A DNA stretch of 62,752 bases, counting the filler. It is 5 parts of 5 records of this genome, joined end to end, with 100 filler letters (N's around TTAATTAATTAA, not from the genome) between each part and the next. Parts side by side here need not be neighbours in the genome. Positions count along the whole stretch, not along the records: positions 9,964 to 22,607 come from SRR22947727_1638; 4 more parts are not named here. The stretch is one strand, 5' to 3'. The position numbers and the translations under genes were made by a program. Below the pieces are notes generated by a model. That model was not told the DNA's origin and ran no database searches. It worked only from the letters and a program-made list of their open reading frames with translations. Position 1 is the first letter of the stretch, and the number at the start of each line of letters is the position of its first letter. Of this stretch, positions 10,102 to 19,326 are shown piece by piece.

Positions 10102-10893
10102 GTGAATAATAATAATAATACATTTAAGGCAAGCAAGAGATTGGTCGTTAAGATTGGATCATCTCTTCTTACAAACTCCAAAGGTGGAGTTAATAGATCT
10201 GTATTAAAAAATGTTGTTTCAGATATTGTTTGGTTAATTAATAAAAATAAAGAGGTCATTGTGGTTTCTTCCGGAGCGATTGCACTTGGAAGAGAAAAAC
10301 TACATCTTAGACAAGAATTAACACTCAATGAGTCACAAGCAGCAGCAGCAAGAGGTCAAATTGAGCTCATGACTGCATGGAAGAATGAATTTAAAAAATA
10401 TAAATTACAAGTTGCTCAAATCTTACTATCTCCATCCGATGCTGAAAATAAAAAATCTTCTCGTAATGCTATTGCAACTATCGAAAATTTAATAAGCTTC
10501 AACTGCATCCCAATAATTAATGAAAATGATACAACCTCAACTGATGAGATAAAATTTGGTGACAATGATATTCTTGCTTCTAAAATATCAAAACTTATAA
10601 AAGCAGATCACCTAATCCTTTTGTCTAATGTCGATGGGCTTTATAAAGAACCACCTAAAAATAAAAAAAATGATGTGCTAGTAACAGAAATAAAATCTAT
10701 CACCAAGTCCATTAGAGAAATGGCTGGGACTGCATCAAAACTTGGTAAAGGTGGAATGATTTCAAAAATTAAAGCAGCAGAGATATGCATGAAATCAAAA
10801 TGTTCAGTTATTATTACCTCAGGTTTAAAAAAGGATCCTATAAAAAGTCTTTCAAGAAAAACAACTAAATCAACTAGATTTTTATCCAAATAA
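10102..10893 (+). CDS. proB: Glutamate 5-kinase (short form without PUA domain)
   Basis: VVKIGSSLL, VSSGAIALG, PIINEND, FGDNDILA, GKGGMISK. Confidence 0.96.
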   Translation: MNNNNNTFKASKRLVVKIGSSLLTNSKGGVNRSVLKNVVSDIVWLINKNKEVIVVSSGAIALGREKLHLRQELTLNESQAAAARGQIELMTAWKNEFKKYKLQVAQILLSPSDAENKKSSRNAIATIENLISFNCIPIINENDTTSTDEIKFGDNDILASKISKLIKADHLILLSNVDGLYKEPPKNKKNDVLVTEIKSITKSIREMAGTASKLGKGGMISKIKAAEICMKSKCSVIITSGLKKDPIKSLSRKTTKSTRFLSK

Positions 10894-12155
10894 TGAATTC
10901 TCTAAAAGATGAAATTAAAAAAATTGGCTTGCAGGCAAAGGATGCATCAAAAATTCTAGCTAAAACCTCTTCTACACAAAAAAATAAAGCCCTTTTAGCA
11001 ATGGCTGATCATGTTTTAAAAGATAAAGAGTTAATCCTAGGTGCAAATAAAAAAGATACAGAGCAAGCAGCGGCTAAAGGTTTATCAGAATCATTTATCG
11101 ATAGATTAGAGCTTAATGAAGAAAGAATTAACTCTATTGCAACAACCCTTAGAGAAATTGAAAGTTTTAAAGATCCTGTTGGAAAAGTTTTAGATTCTTG
11201 GACAAGACCGAATGGTCTAAATATATCAAGAGTTTCAACCCCTCTTGGAACCATTGGCGTTATCTATGAAAGTAGACCCAATGTTACTGCTGATGCAGGA
11301 GCTTTATGTCTTAAATCAGGTAATGCTTCAATACTAAGAGGTGGATCTGATAGCATTCATTCATGCATAGCAATTCATAACAGCATACAAAAAGGTCTTA
11401 ATGAGGCTGATATCACAGAACACGCTATTCAAATGATTGAAAGTACTAATAGAGAAGCCGTGGATATGATGCTTCATGGAATTAATAAGTCTATTGACGT
11501 TATTGTTCCTAGAGGAGGAAAAAATTTAGTTGCCCAAGTTGAAAAAGAAGCTAAGGTGCCAGTGTTCGCTCATCTAGAAGGTATCTGTCACATCTATGTC
11601 GACAAAGATGCAGATAAAGATAAAGCTGTAAATGTATGTGTAAATGCAAAGATGAGAAGGCCAGGAATATGTGGTGCAGTAGAGACAATTTTAGTTCACT
11701 CAGATATTGCTCAAATATTTCTACCAGAACTAATAAATGCTTTATCTGCTAGAGCATGTGAAATAAGGGGATGTGAAGAAACGCAAAAGTATTCTAATAA
11801 TATTCTCCCTGCAAGTGAAGAAGATTGGAAGACTGAATATCTAATGCCAATTGTTAGCATTAAATTGGTTCAAGACTGTGATGCAGCGATTAAACATATT
11901 GAGGCTTTTTCATCAGGACATACTGAATCTATATTAACTGAAAATTTAAATACTGCTTCAAAATTCCAAAGCGACATAGATAGCGCAATAGTCATGCATA
12001 ATGCATCTACTCAGTTTGCTGATGGTGGTGAATTTGGTTTAGGTGGAGAAATTGGTATAGCTACAGGAAAATTTCATGCAAGAGGTCCTGTAGGTGTTGA
12101 TCAATTAACTAGTTTTAAATATCTTGTTAATGGGAATGGGCATACAAGACCTTAG
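10893..12155 (+). CDS. proA: Gamma-glutamyl phosphate reductase
   Basis: IYESRPNVT, VIVPRGG, CGAVET, NASTQFADGGEFG, HARGPVG. Confidence 0.98.
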   Translation: MNSLKDEIKKIGLQAKDASKILAKTSSTQKNKALLAMADHVLKDKELILGANKKDTEQAAAKGLSESFIDRLELNEERINSIATTLREIESFKDPVGKVLDSWTRPNGLNISRVSTPLGTIGVIYESRPNVTADAGALCLKSGNASILRGGSDSIHSCIAIHNSIQKGLNEADITEHAIQMIESTNREAVDMMLHGINKSIDVIVPRGGKNLVAQVEKEAKVPVFAHLEGICHIYVDKDADKDKAVNVCVNAKMRRPGICGAVETILVHSDIAQIFLPELINALSARACEIRGCEETQKYSNNILPASEEDWKTEYLMPIVSIKLVQDCDAAIKHIEAFSSGHTESILTENLNTASKFQSDIDSAIVMHNASTQFADGGEFGLGGEIGIATGKFHARGPVGVDQLTSFKYLVNGNGHTRP

Positions 12156-12256
12156 CCTAGTCAGGTAGTATTATTTATAAATAATTATATTATTTGTAAT
12201 AAAACTACAAAAAATTATAGTAAAAAAGGTTGTTAAATCAATAAAAAATAAAATTA

Positions 12257-12285
12257 TTGACAATTTTACATATAAAAAATAATAT
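12257..12285 (+). promoter_or_regulatory. Sigma70-type promoter with no downstream ORF
   Basis: TTGACA (12257-12262), 17-bp spacer, TAATAT (12280-12285), AT-rich upstream tract. Confidence 0.65.
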
Positions 12286-12291
12286 CTACTA

Positions 12292-12398
12292 CAAATGTAT
12301 TGCTTGTGCATTAATTTTTTTTAGTTAACTTGTTCTCCCCTATTAGAATAGCTAGCTAACTCCTCTCCAAATATATGAGCAAGCAATACTACTTTTAT
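12292..12398 (+). ncRNA. Candidate structured small RNA with C-rich anti-SD-like motifs
   Basis: Perfect 10-bp outer stem 12297-12306/12380-12389, imperfect inner stem 12321-12336/12345-12359, CCCCT loop, CTCCTCTCC in the internal bulge; starts just after the promoter. Confidence 0.5.
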
Positions 12399-12433
12399 GA
12401 ATTTACCAGAAAGTCTCTAAACTCAATATAAAT

Positions 12434-12754
12434 CTAACTAATAGAACTATTAGTAAACCTTATCAAATTTTTACCTAACTTTTTTGCATATCTTTTAAAT
12501 ACTTTTAAGGCTTTGTTTAAATCTTTCTGACTTTCTTCTTCTGACAGAGAGTAACCATCCCAATATGAAATTTTATAGCCATAATTATTTTCAATAATTT
12601 CTATTGAAGCAGAGTCAGCATTCACTGGATCATTGTGCTTAATGACTACTAAATGATCTTCAAAATGAATGGAGGTGTTGGGAATATTAGAAAAAATAGA
12701 CTTGAATAAATTTTCAATTCTAATTCTACTACTTTTTATATTTATGTTGATCAT
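12434..12754 (-). CDS. Hypothetical protein (start uncertain)
   Basis: Long open frame in very AT-rich DNA, last gene of the minus-strand operon; no recognisable motif. Confidence 0.55.
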   Translation of the reverse strand: MININIKSSRIRIENLFKSIFSNIPNTSIHFEDHLVVIKHNDPVNADSASIEIIENNYGYKISYWDGYSLSEEESQKDLNKALKVFKRYAKKLGKNLIRFTNSSIS

Positions 12755-12977
12755 ATGAATGATGTCTACCAACCCCAAATTCTCTTAAGCCAACATGTTT
12801 AGTTTTTCTCCCTTGAGCCCTCTTCCGCCACAACACATAGCTGCTTTTCTTTAAATTATCTCTCATTAGGTCCTCAACTTGATTTTGATTTAATCCGTAT
12901 GTGGCCTCTATGGCATCAAAAGGAGTTCTGTCCTCCCAGGCCATTTCAATAATTCTTGAGAGATCTTCTTGTTTCAA
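12729..12977 (-). CDS. TIGR03643/DUF2805 family protein
   Basis: RIIEMAWEDRTPFDAI and LWRKR.QGRKTKH signature. Confidence 0.9.
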   Translation of the reverse strand: MKQEDLSRIIEMAWEDRTPFDAIEATYGLNQNQVEDLMRDNLKKSSYVLWRKRAQGRKTKHVGLREFGVGRHHSYDQHKYKK

Positions 12978-13141
12978 GAGGATAATTTTGATATTTGATT
13001 TTCGAGTTCTGCTATACGTCTTTTTAAAGGTTCGAGTTCTTCTTTTTTTACAAAACCTGCATCCTTCATAAACTTTTCAAGAGCTGGCTTCATCATTTTT
13101 TCCATATTTTTAGCATCTTTCATCATACTGAATGGGTTCAT
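12974..13141 (-). CDS. 55-aa small coiled-coil protein, possibly UbiK/BMFP-like (absent from ORF track)
   Basis: Manual translation MNPFSMMKDAKNMEKMMKPALEKFMKDAGFVKKEELEPLKRRIAELENQISKLSS*; AAGGAG SD upstream; stop overlaps the next TTG start. Confidence 0.8.
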   Translation of the reverse strand: MNPFSMMKDAKNMEKMMKPALEKFMKDAGFVKKEELEPLKRRIAELENQISKLSS

Positions 13142-13167
13142 AAAATTCTCCTTATTGTTTTTTTGTA

Positions 13168-13899
13168 TTATATATAAACATCAAACCGAGTGGACTTTCC
13201 TTTTATTTGATAATTAAATTTGCTATCGAGTAATTCTGCTTTGATTGGCCTCTTTAAAATAATTTTTTTAAAATTACTTTCTTTAAACTCATAGAATATA
13301 TTGTCTCCACAATCTTTGATCATTTCAACTTCTAAAATATTCTTTATAAACGCAATATTACCTGATCTTAAAATATTTTTTTTTGATTCTGGGTACATTG
13401 GATCTAAATAAATTACATCAATATTTTTTTGGCTTTTAAAGCATTCAAATGAGTTTCCATTATAAAGTTTTAGATTTTCTATAAAAGGTAGTTCTTCTTT
13501 TGCTCTTTCTATGGCGTCCCTAACTAATAAGAATATAATTGTGCTTTGCTCACAAGCAATTACATTATGTCCCAAGGCTAGAAATATTAATGCGTCAGAT
13601 AAGAGCCCTGCTGTTCCGTCAAAAATATTAAGACTATCAGTATTTTTTCCAAGAGCTTTTTTTAGCAAAGTTTCATGATCTGATCGTTTAAGCCTCCAAC
13701 CCATAGATCCTTTTAGAAAATCTATATGAAGTGGCTTTGGATTATTGATATCAGAGAAGAAATTTAATCCATTATCTCTATAAGAAAAAAAAGGTTTACT
13801 GATAGGTAATTCAGTTAATACCTTTATATTAAATTCGGATGCAATTCTTTCCACTTCATCTTTATATTTTAGGCTGTCAATAAAAATATCTATATTCAT
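13168..13899 (-). CDS. rsmJ: SAM-dependent methyltransferase, RsmJ (16S m2G1516)-like
   Basis: HIDF, FDGTAGLLSDA, VIYLDPMYP, LKRP, GKSTRFDVY. Confidence 0.85.
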   Translation of the reverse strand: MNIDIFIDSLKYKDEVERIASEFNIKVLTELPISKPFFSYRDNGLNFFSDINNPKPLHIDFLKGSMGWRLKRSDHETLLKKALGKNTDSLNIFDGTAGLLSDALIFLALGHNVIACEQSTIIFLLVRDAIERAKEELPFIENLKLYNGNSFECFKSQKNIDVIYLDPMYPESKKNILRSGNIAFIKNILEVEMIKDCGDNIFYEFKESNFKKIILKRPIKAELLDSKFNYQIKGKSTRFDVYI

Positions 13900-14687
13900 A
13901 CAAGAATCAGCAACATGATTCCTAAAATAATTCTATAGATTACAAATGGGTACATTCCAATTTTATTAACAAAAATAAGAAAATATTTGATTGTTAAAAA
14001 AGCAACAAAGCACGAAGTGAAAAAACCTATAAATAATGAAAGAAAATTTATTGAATAACTTGATGTGCTTAATTCAATAATTAAAAAAACTAATGCTCCA
14101 AGTATTGTTGGTATACTCAATAAAAAAGCAAATTTGGACGCATCTTTTAGATTTAAGCCTATGAATAGGGCCGCCGTCATAGCAGTTCCTGATCTAGATG
14201 CTCCTGGTAGTAAAGCAAATACTTGAAATAGTCCAATAAATAATGCGCCTACGACAGTTAGTTCTATTAATTTTTTACTAGCAGAACTATATAGATATGC
14301 TATCAATAAAAACCCTGCAAACACTAGATTCATGATGGCAATACTATTCATATTATTTCTGTTCTGATTAACTAAGTCAGAACCAAAAAAACCTACCAAA
14401 ATAATTGGAACTGTTGCTATTATCAATGTTATAGCTAAGTGTTTATCTTCCTTATGTAAGCTATTACTTTGAAATAAAGACTTGATTATTGCTTTAATTT
14501 CATCTTTAAAATAATACATTACTGCAAATAAAGTTCCGGCATGAGCTGATATATCAAAAGCAAGACCAAGATCATTTGAACCAAATATTAGAGAGGGAAA
14601 TAGCAAATGAGCTGAACTTGAGATTGGTAAAAATTCAGTTAATCCCTGAATGAGGCCTAATATAAAACTTAAAATTAAATCATTCAT
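13896..14687 (-). CDS. uppP: Undecaprenyl-diphosphate phosphatase
   Basis: QGLTEFLPISSSAH, PGASRSG, FLLSIP, FVIYRI. Confidence 0.97.
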   Translation of the reverse strand: MNDLILSFILGLIQGLTEFLPISSSAHLLFPSLIFGSNDLGLAFDISAHAGTLFAVMYYFKDEIKAIIKSLFQSNSLHKEDKHLAITLIIATVPIILVGFFGSDLVNQNRNNMNSIAIMNLVFAGFLLIAYLYSSASKKLIELTVVGALFIGLFQVFALLPGASRSGTAMTAALFIGLNLKDASKFAFLLSIPTILGALVFLIIELSTSSYSINFLSLFIGFFTSCFVAFLTIKYFLIFVNKIGMYPFVIYRIILGIMLLILV

Positions 14688-15111
14688 TGATCTTTTTGTA
14701 CTTGGTCTCTACTGCGTATGTTGGATTTGCATTTTTAGAATCAAAAAGATCTGATTTCATGCCAGACTCTTTAAATTTTTGAATCGCCCTTTTTGCAACT
14801 AAATCTGAGGATATGGTGTTTGTTTCATCCGCATCAATAGCCATTAATGGCTTTTTAAGTGCTGAAGATATACCTTTTAAGTATGATGCTACGCTTCTTG
14901 TAGCGGTATAAGAATCTTCAATATTTGCATATGCAAAAATATCAATATCATCTATAAAAAAAAATGAATCTAAACCAATTTGAGATAACATTTCTTGCCA
15001 GTTAGGTCGATCCTTCCTTTGATGGCTAATAGAATACTCCAGAACGTCATCGCCTAAAATAACGCACAAAGATGTTTCATTGCCAGAACTTTGAATCGCG
15101 AGAACATTCAT
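14680..15111 (-). CDS. Short, degenerate TsaB (YeaZ)-like protein
   Basis: MNVLAIQSS N-terminus, SYTATR in place of GSFTGLR, KPL motif, P.Y near the end; directly after adk as tsaB is in pseudomonad-like genomes. Confidence 0.6.
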   Translation of the reverse strand: MNVLAIQSSGNETSLCVILGDDVLEYSISHQRKDRPNWQEMLSQIGLDSFFFIDDIDIFAYANIEDSYTATRSVASYLKGISSALKKPLMAIDADETNTISSDLVAKRAIQKFKESGMKSDLFDSKNANPTYAVETKYKKINE

Positions 15112-15116
15112 TAAAT

Positions 15117-15761
15117 TTAAATTTGATCTGATATGGTCTCAAAAACTTCATCTACAGTTTTGCTACCGTCAACTTTTAAATATATTAAATCACTAACTTT
15201 TGATTGATTTGTATAAAAATCTGATAAGGGTTTTGTTTGATCATGGTATACCGACAATCTTTTTAAAACTGTTTCTGGTTTGTCATCTTCTCTTTGGATT
15301 AGTAGTTCTCCAGAGTCATCGTCAACACCTTCAACTTTTGGAGGATTGTATTCAATATGATAATTCTTACCCGAACCGGGATGAACCCTTCTGCCTGACA
15401 TTCTGTTTACTATTACCTCATCATCTACATGAATCTCTATTACGTGCGTGAATTGGATTCCCATGCTTTGAAGTTCAGATGCCTGACCCAAAGTTCGAGG
15501 CACTCCATCAAATAAAGAACCATTTTTACAATCAGGTTTTGTTAGTCTATCCTCAATTAAGGATCCAATGATTTCGTCTGATACCAAACCACCTGTATCT
15601 AAAATATTTGAAACTTTTTTACCAAAATCGCTACCTGAAGCAACTGCCTCTCTTAACATATCACCAGTGCTAATCTTTGGTATGTTGCATAAGCTACATA
15701 TTAAATCTGCCTGGGTTCCCTTTCCTGCCCCTGGTGGGCCTAATAAAATAATATTCTTCAT
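15117..15761 (-). CDS. adk: Adenylate kinase
   Basis: [41 protein letters not shown]. Confidence 0.98.
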   Translation of the reverse strand: MKNIILLGPPGAGKGTQADLICSLCNIPKISTGDMLREAVASGSDFGKKVSNILDTGGLVSDEIIGSLIEDRLTKPDCKNGSLFDGVPRTLGQASELQSMGIQFTHVIEIHVDDEVIVNRMSGRRVHPGSGKNYHIEYNPPKVEGVDDDSGELLIQREDDKPETVLKRLSVYHDQTKPLSDFYTNQSKVSDLIYLKVDGSKTVDEVFETISDQI

Positions 15762-16135
15762 ATCTCTAATATAGCAAATGCTATTGCATACTCACTTTCG
15801 TCTGAAAGACTAACATGTGTTTTCGTTATACCCAAGCTTACAATAGTTTTTTTTACATCGCCTAAGGGGTTGAAATAAGGCTTTCCATTTTTATCTCTTA
15901 AGATCTCAAGTTCTTTAAGTAAAATTGGTTTTCTTATGCCAGTACCAAAAGCTTTTGATAAAGCTTCCTTGCCAGCAAATTGTTTTGCTAAATGTTTAAT
16001 TAATTTTTCTTCATTATATGTTGAAGATATTTTAAGCTCATCTTCTGAAAGAATCTTCTTAGAAAAAGATTTAATAGATTCTATATTCTTCAATCTTGAT
16101 ATATTTATAATATCTGTCCCAATACCATAGATCAT
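15758..16135 (-). CDS. acpS: Holo-ACP synthase
   Basis: [28 protein letters not shown]. Confidence 0.95.
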   Translation of the reverse strand: MIYGIGTDIINISRLKNIESIKSFSKKILSEDELKISSTYNEEKLIKHLAKQFAGKEALSKAFGTGIRKPILLKELEILRDKNGKPYFNPLGDVKKTIVSLGITKTHVSLSDESEYAIAFAILEI

Positions 16136-16827
16136 TGCTGAATTCTCTTAAATATATCTCTGCTAGACAGGTCTCTGCCATCCAGGCAGAAATGAATTGC
16201 TTCTTGAGTAATGTGCTTAAGATGTTTTTTTGAAACTTTTGATAAATCTCTGATTTTAATATTAATAATATCTTCTCCAGAAAAATTTGAATTTGTAGAT
16301 TCTCTAAATCCACTTTGAGGAATAAAGGAATAATTTTTGTTAATATCTATTGGCTGGCCTTTTTCGATATCACTCTCAAAATCCAATCCATATCCAAGCA
16401 TATCTAGCAAATCTAATTCAAAATGTCTAAGTGTAAGCTCGATGTCATCTCCTTGATGAATTTTAATTAAAAACTCTTCATAAAGAATAAAAAGGTCTTC
16501 TTGCGAAGCATCTTTTGGTAATAATCTTATTAGCAATTCATTGATATACAAAAGGCTATAGCTTGTTTTTGAAAAACTATTTGTAGACTGAGAAAAATCT
16601 CTATCTATATTGGTTAATGTTTTTAGCTCAGATCTCCCGGTGAAAGTTATTTTTAATTTTGTAAAAGGGGCAAGATAACCAAAAAACTTTGATTTAGGCT
16701 TTTTAGCACCTTTTGCTATTAAAGATATCTTTCCACTAGTTTTGGTGAAGACGTCAATTATAAGACTGGTTTCGCCGTGGGCCCGCTGATGAAGAAGAAA
16801 ACAATCATCCCATTCATTATGATTCAT
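16132..16827 (-). CDS. recO: DNA repair protein RecO
   Basis: LLHQRAHGETSLI, AKGAK, LYINELL, LRHFELDLLDMLGYG; follows era. Confidence 0.95.
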   Translation of the reverse strand: MNHNEWDDCFLLHQRAHGETSLIIDVFTKTSGKISLIAKGAKKPKSKFFGYLAPFTKLKITFTGRSELKTLTNIDRDFSQSTNSFSKTSYSLLYINELLIRLLPKDASQEDLFILYEEFLIKIHQGDDIELTLRHFELDLLDMLGYGLDFESDIEKGQPIDINKNYSFIPQSGFRESTNSNFSGEDIINIKIRDLSKVSKKHLKHITQEAIHFCLDGRDLSSRDIFKRIQQ

Positions 16828-17722
16828 AGCTTCCGCCTACTCCAAGACTTTGAATGTAATCAGAGTCTGTATTCCAATTTTTCTTTACTTTTACCCAAGT
16901 TTTTAAAAAAACTTTTTTTTCAAAATATTCTTCCAATTCAATTCTTGCCTGTTGGCCAATTTTCTTTAGAGTTCCTCCAGCCTTGCCAATAACAATCTGT
17001 TTTTGGCTATCTCTAACAACATATATAACTGCATGAATTTTAATGATTGCTTCCTCTTCTTCGAGTAGCTCTACCTGAACAAAAGTATCATGAGGAAGCT
17101 CGTCGCCAAGCATTCTAATAATTTTTTCTCGAATAAGTTCTGAAATCATAAAAAGATCTTTATGCGAATTTTGTGTGCCCTCTTCACCGTAAATATGTTC
17201 ATTTTCTGGAAGATATTTCTTTATTAGCTCTTCTAATTCATTAATCCCTTCATTGTTAATTGCTGCTATCGGAATAATATCTAAAAAAGAATACTCCTTA
17301 TCTAGTCTCTCTATCATGGGTAATAGCTTATTTTTATCTGAGATTTGATCAACCTTATTTACAACGCATATAACTTTGGAACTAGCCTCTTTGAGTTTCT
17401 TGAGTACCGATAAATCTTGTTCATCAAGAGTAAGCCTTTGAACTACAAATAAAATAATATCCGAGTCTTGTATTAAGCTTTCTGCCGATCTGTTTAAAAC
17501 CTTGTTCATCACTTTTGGTGATTTAATATGCATTCCAGGAGTGTCAGCAAAAATCATTTGTTTACTGCCTTCTGTTTTTATTCCCAAAATATTATTTCTA
17601 GTAGTCTGTGATTTACGAGAGGTTATAGAAATCTTTTTTCCTAAAATATGATTGAGAATAGTTGATTTACCTACATTAGGTTTTCCGATGATTGAAATAT
17701 ACCCACAATATGATTTATTCAT
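16817..17722 (-). CDS. era: GTPase Era
   Basis: GKPNVGKST, QTTR, DTPG, NKVD, KH domain VIGKAG. Confidence 0.98.
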   Translation of the reverse strand: MNKSYCGYISIIGKPNVGKSTILNHILGKKISITSRKSQTTRNNILGIKTEGSKQMIFADTPGMHIKSPKVMNKVLNRSAESLIQDSDIILFVVQRLTLDEQDLSVLKKLKEASSKVICVVNKVDQISDKNKLLPMIERLDKEYSFLDIIPIAAINNEGINELEELIKKYLPENEHIYGEEGTQNSHKDLFMISELIREKIIRMLGDELPHDTFVQVELLEEEEAIIKIHAVIYVVRDSQKQIVIGKAGGTLKKIGQQARIELEEYFEKKVFLKTWVKVKKNWNTDSDYIQSLGVGGSYES

Positions 17723-18378
17723 GTAGTTTTTTTAATATGAGCTAAAACCTTCATAGCCACATTGGTTTCAGCTATTCTTTTTGAGGGACCTGTTGATTCA
17801 AACAGTGTTTCTTGGTAGTTAATATTACAAGAAAAGCAGCCATCTCCAGTATCTTCAATTAAATACTTAGGTAACTCATATTTCTTAGATTGAAGTAATT
17901 CCTGTAATTCAGTTTTTGCATCTTTGAAGGTCATATCTGCAGATAAAGCTAATAAATTTTTATTAAAAATTTTTAATGTGATTTCATTTACATGCTCCCA
18001 TCCGGCATCAATAAAAATGGCTCCAATGATTGCCTCAAAAGCATCTTCTAAAATAGAATTTTTTCTATCTTTTGATAGATTTGCGGTTCCTTTGGATAAC
18101 TTTATGTAGTCTCCAAGAGCAAACTCTTCAGCCTTAATAACAAGAGTCTCTGCCTTAACAAGATAGGACCTCATTCTAGTTAAAAGACCCTCCTTTTCAT
18201 TATTGAATTTATTAAAAAGATATTGGGATATAATTGCATTCAGAATGGAATCACCCAGAAATTCTAATCTTTCATTGTTGTAAGAGCTGCTAAAGCTTTT
18301 ATGGGTTAGAGCTAATTCTAAAAGTTCTTTATTTTTAAACTTATGGCCAAGCTGAGATTGCAGTTCATCGTAATTCAT
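17719..18378 (-). CDS. rnc: Ribonuclease III
   Basis: NERLEFLGDS signature, DAFEAIIGA, dsRBD KTELQE. Confidence 0.97.
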   Translation of the reverse strand: MNYDELQSQLGHKFKNKELLELALTHKSFSSSYNNERLEFLGDSILNAIISQYLFNKFNNEKEGLLTRMRSYLVKAETLVIKAEEFALGDYIKLSKGTANLSKDRKNSILEDAFEAIIGAIFIDAGWEHVNEITLKIFNKNLLALSADMTFKDAKTELQELLQSKKYELPKYLIEDTGDGCFSCNINYQETLFESTGPSKRIAETNVAMKVLAHIKKTT

Positions 18379-19325
18379 TAATTAATCTTACCAACTCTTG
18401 AAAAATGAGGTAAACATGTCCAGCATTCCCATGTCATAAATAAATAACTAGCTTGTCCAAAAAAGTTTTCTCTTGGAACAAAGCCTACATCTTTAGTACT
18501 GTCATTTGAATTATCTCTATTGTCTCCCATAACAAAATAATGTCCTGGAGGCACTTCCCATTCTGATGGATACTGGATATTTTCATCACGAATATTTCTT
18601 GTGAGATACTTAATATTGCCATGCTCTTCATAAAAAAAGTCTATAACAACATCTTTTTCTCTTGATGTTATCTTTCCAGAAAGATCACGATATCTTTTGG
18701 TGATTATACCTTCTTCAGTTTTGTAGAATGTTTTAATAATTGGCTTTCCATTTACATATACCTGCTTATTAATAAGCCTAATTTTATCACCCGGCTTGCC
18801 TATCAGTCTTTTTACATAAGGAACTGGGTTATGTTGAGGAACAAACACAACAACATCACCATAATTTGGATCATTCTTGGTTATTGCAGGTACTGCGATT
18901 CTATTTATTTTGTATCCATAGGAATTTTTGTCTACTAATAGAAAATCTCCAACTTTTAATCCAGGCATCATAGAGCCAGATGGAATTTGATAGGGCTCAT
19001 ACATAAATGTTCTTAAAACAAATATTAAAAAAATAGGAATAAAATATCCTCTAGATGAGGAGACAATTGTCTTATTAGCAATAACTATTCCAACAATTAA
19101 GACTATTAATGAAATGACAGATGCAACCAAGAGAACAATGCTTAGGTCTCCTGCATTTATAAAAATGCTGTAAAGCATCATTAATCCAAAGGAGGTCGAT
19201 AGGATTGATGTATTTTTTACAACAAAGTTATCTTCTGAGCCTTCATCGATTTCACTTTTGATCCAAAAAATAAGGACAATCAACATCCCTATTATTGATA
19301 ATATAAATATAGGATCTGTAATCAC
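18378..19325 (-). CDS. lepB: Signal peptidase I
   Basis: EPYQIPSGSM (catalytic Ser), YVKRLIG (Lys), GDNRDNSNDS. Confidence 0.96.
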   Translation of the reverse strand: MITDPIFILSIIGMLIVLIFWIKSEIDEGSEDNFVVKNTSILSTSFGLMMLYSIFINAGDLSIVLLVASVISLIVLIVGIVIANKTIVSSSRGYFIPIFLIFVLRTFMYEPYQIPSGSMMPGLKVGDFLLVDKNSYGYKINRIAVPAITKNDPNYGDVVVFVPQHNPVPYVKRLIGKPGDKIRLINKQVYVNGKPIIKTFYKTEEGIITKRYRDLSGKITSREKDVVIDFFYEEHGNIKYLTRNIRDENIQYPSEWEVPPGHYFVMGDNRDNSNDSTKDVGFVPRENFFGQASYLFMTWECWTCLPHFSRVGKIN

Positions 19326-19326
19326 A

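Noticed and set aside
12292..12398. 6S RNA or SRP RNA identity for the structured element
   Set aside because: Too short for 6S despite the stem-bubble-stem shape, and it lacks the SRP GNRA-loop/AGCAG domain IV motif on either strand
9964..12430. tRNA-Leu as the attachment site of an integrated element
   Set aside because: No integrase, and I found no duplicate of the tRNA 3' end downstream
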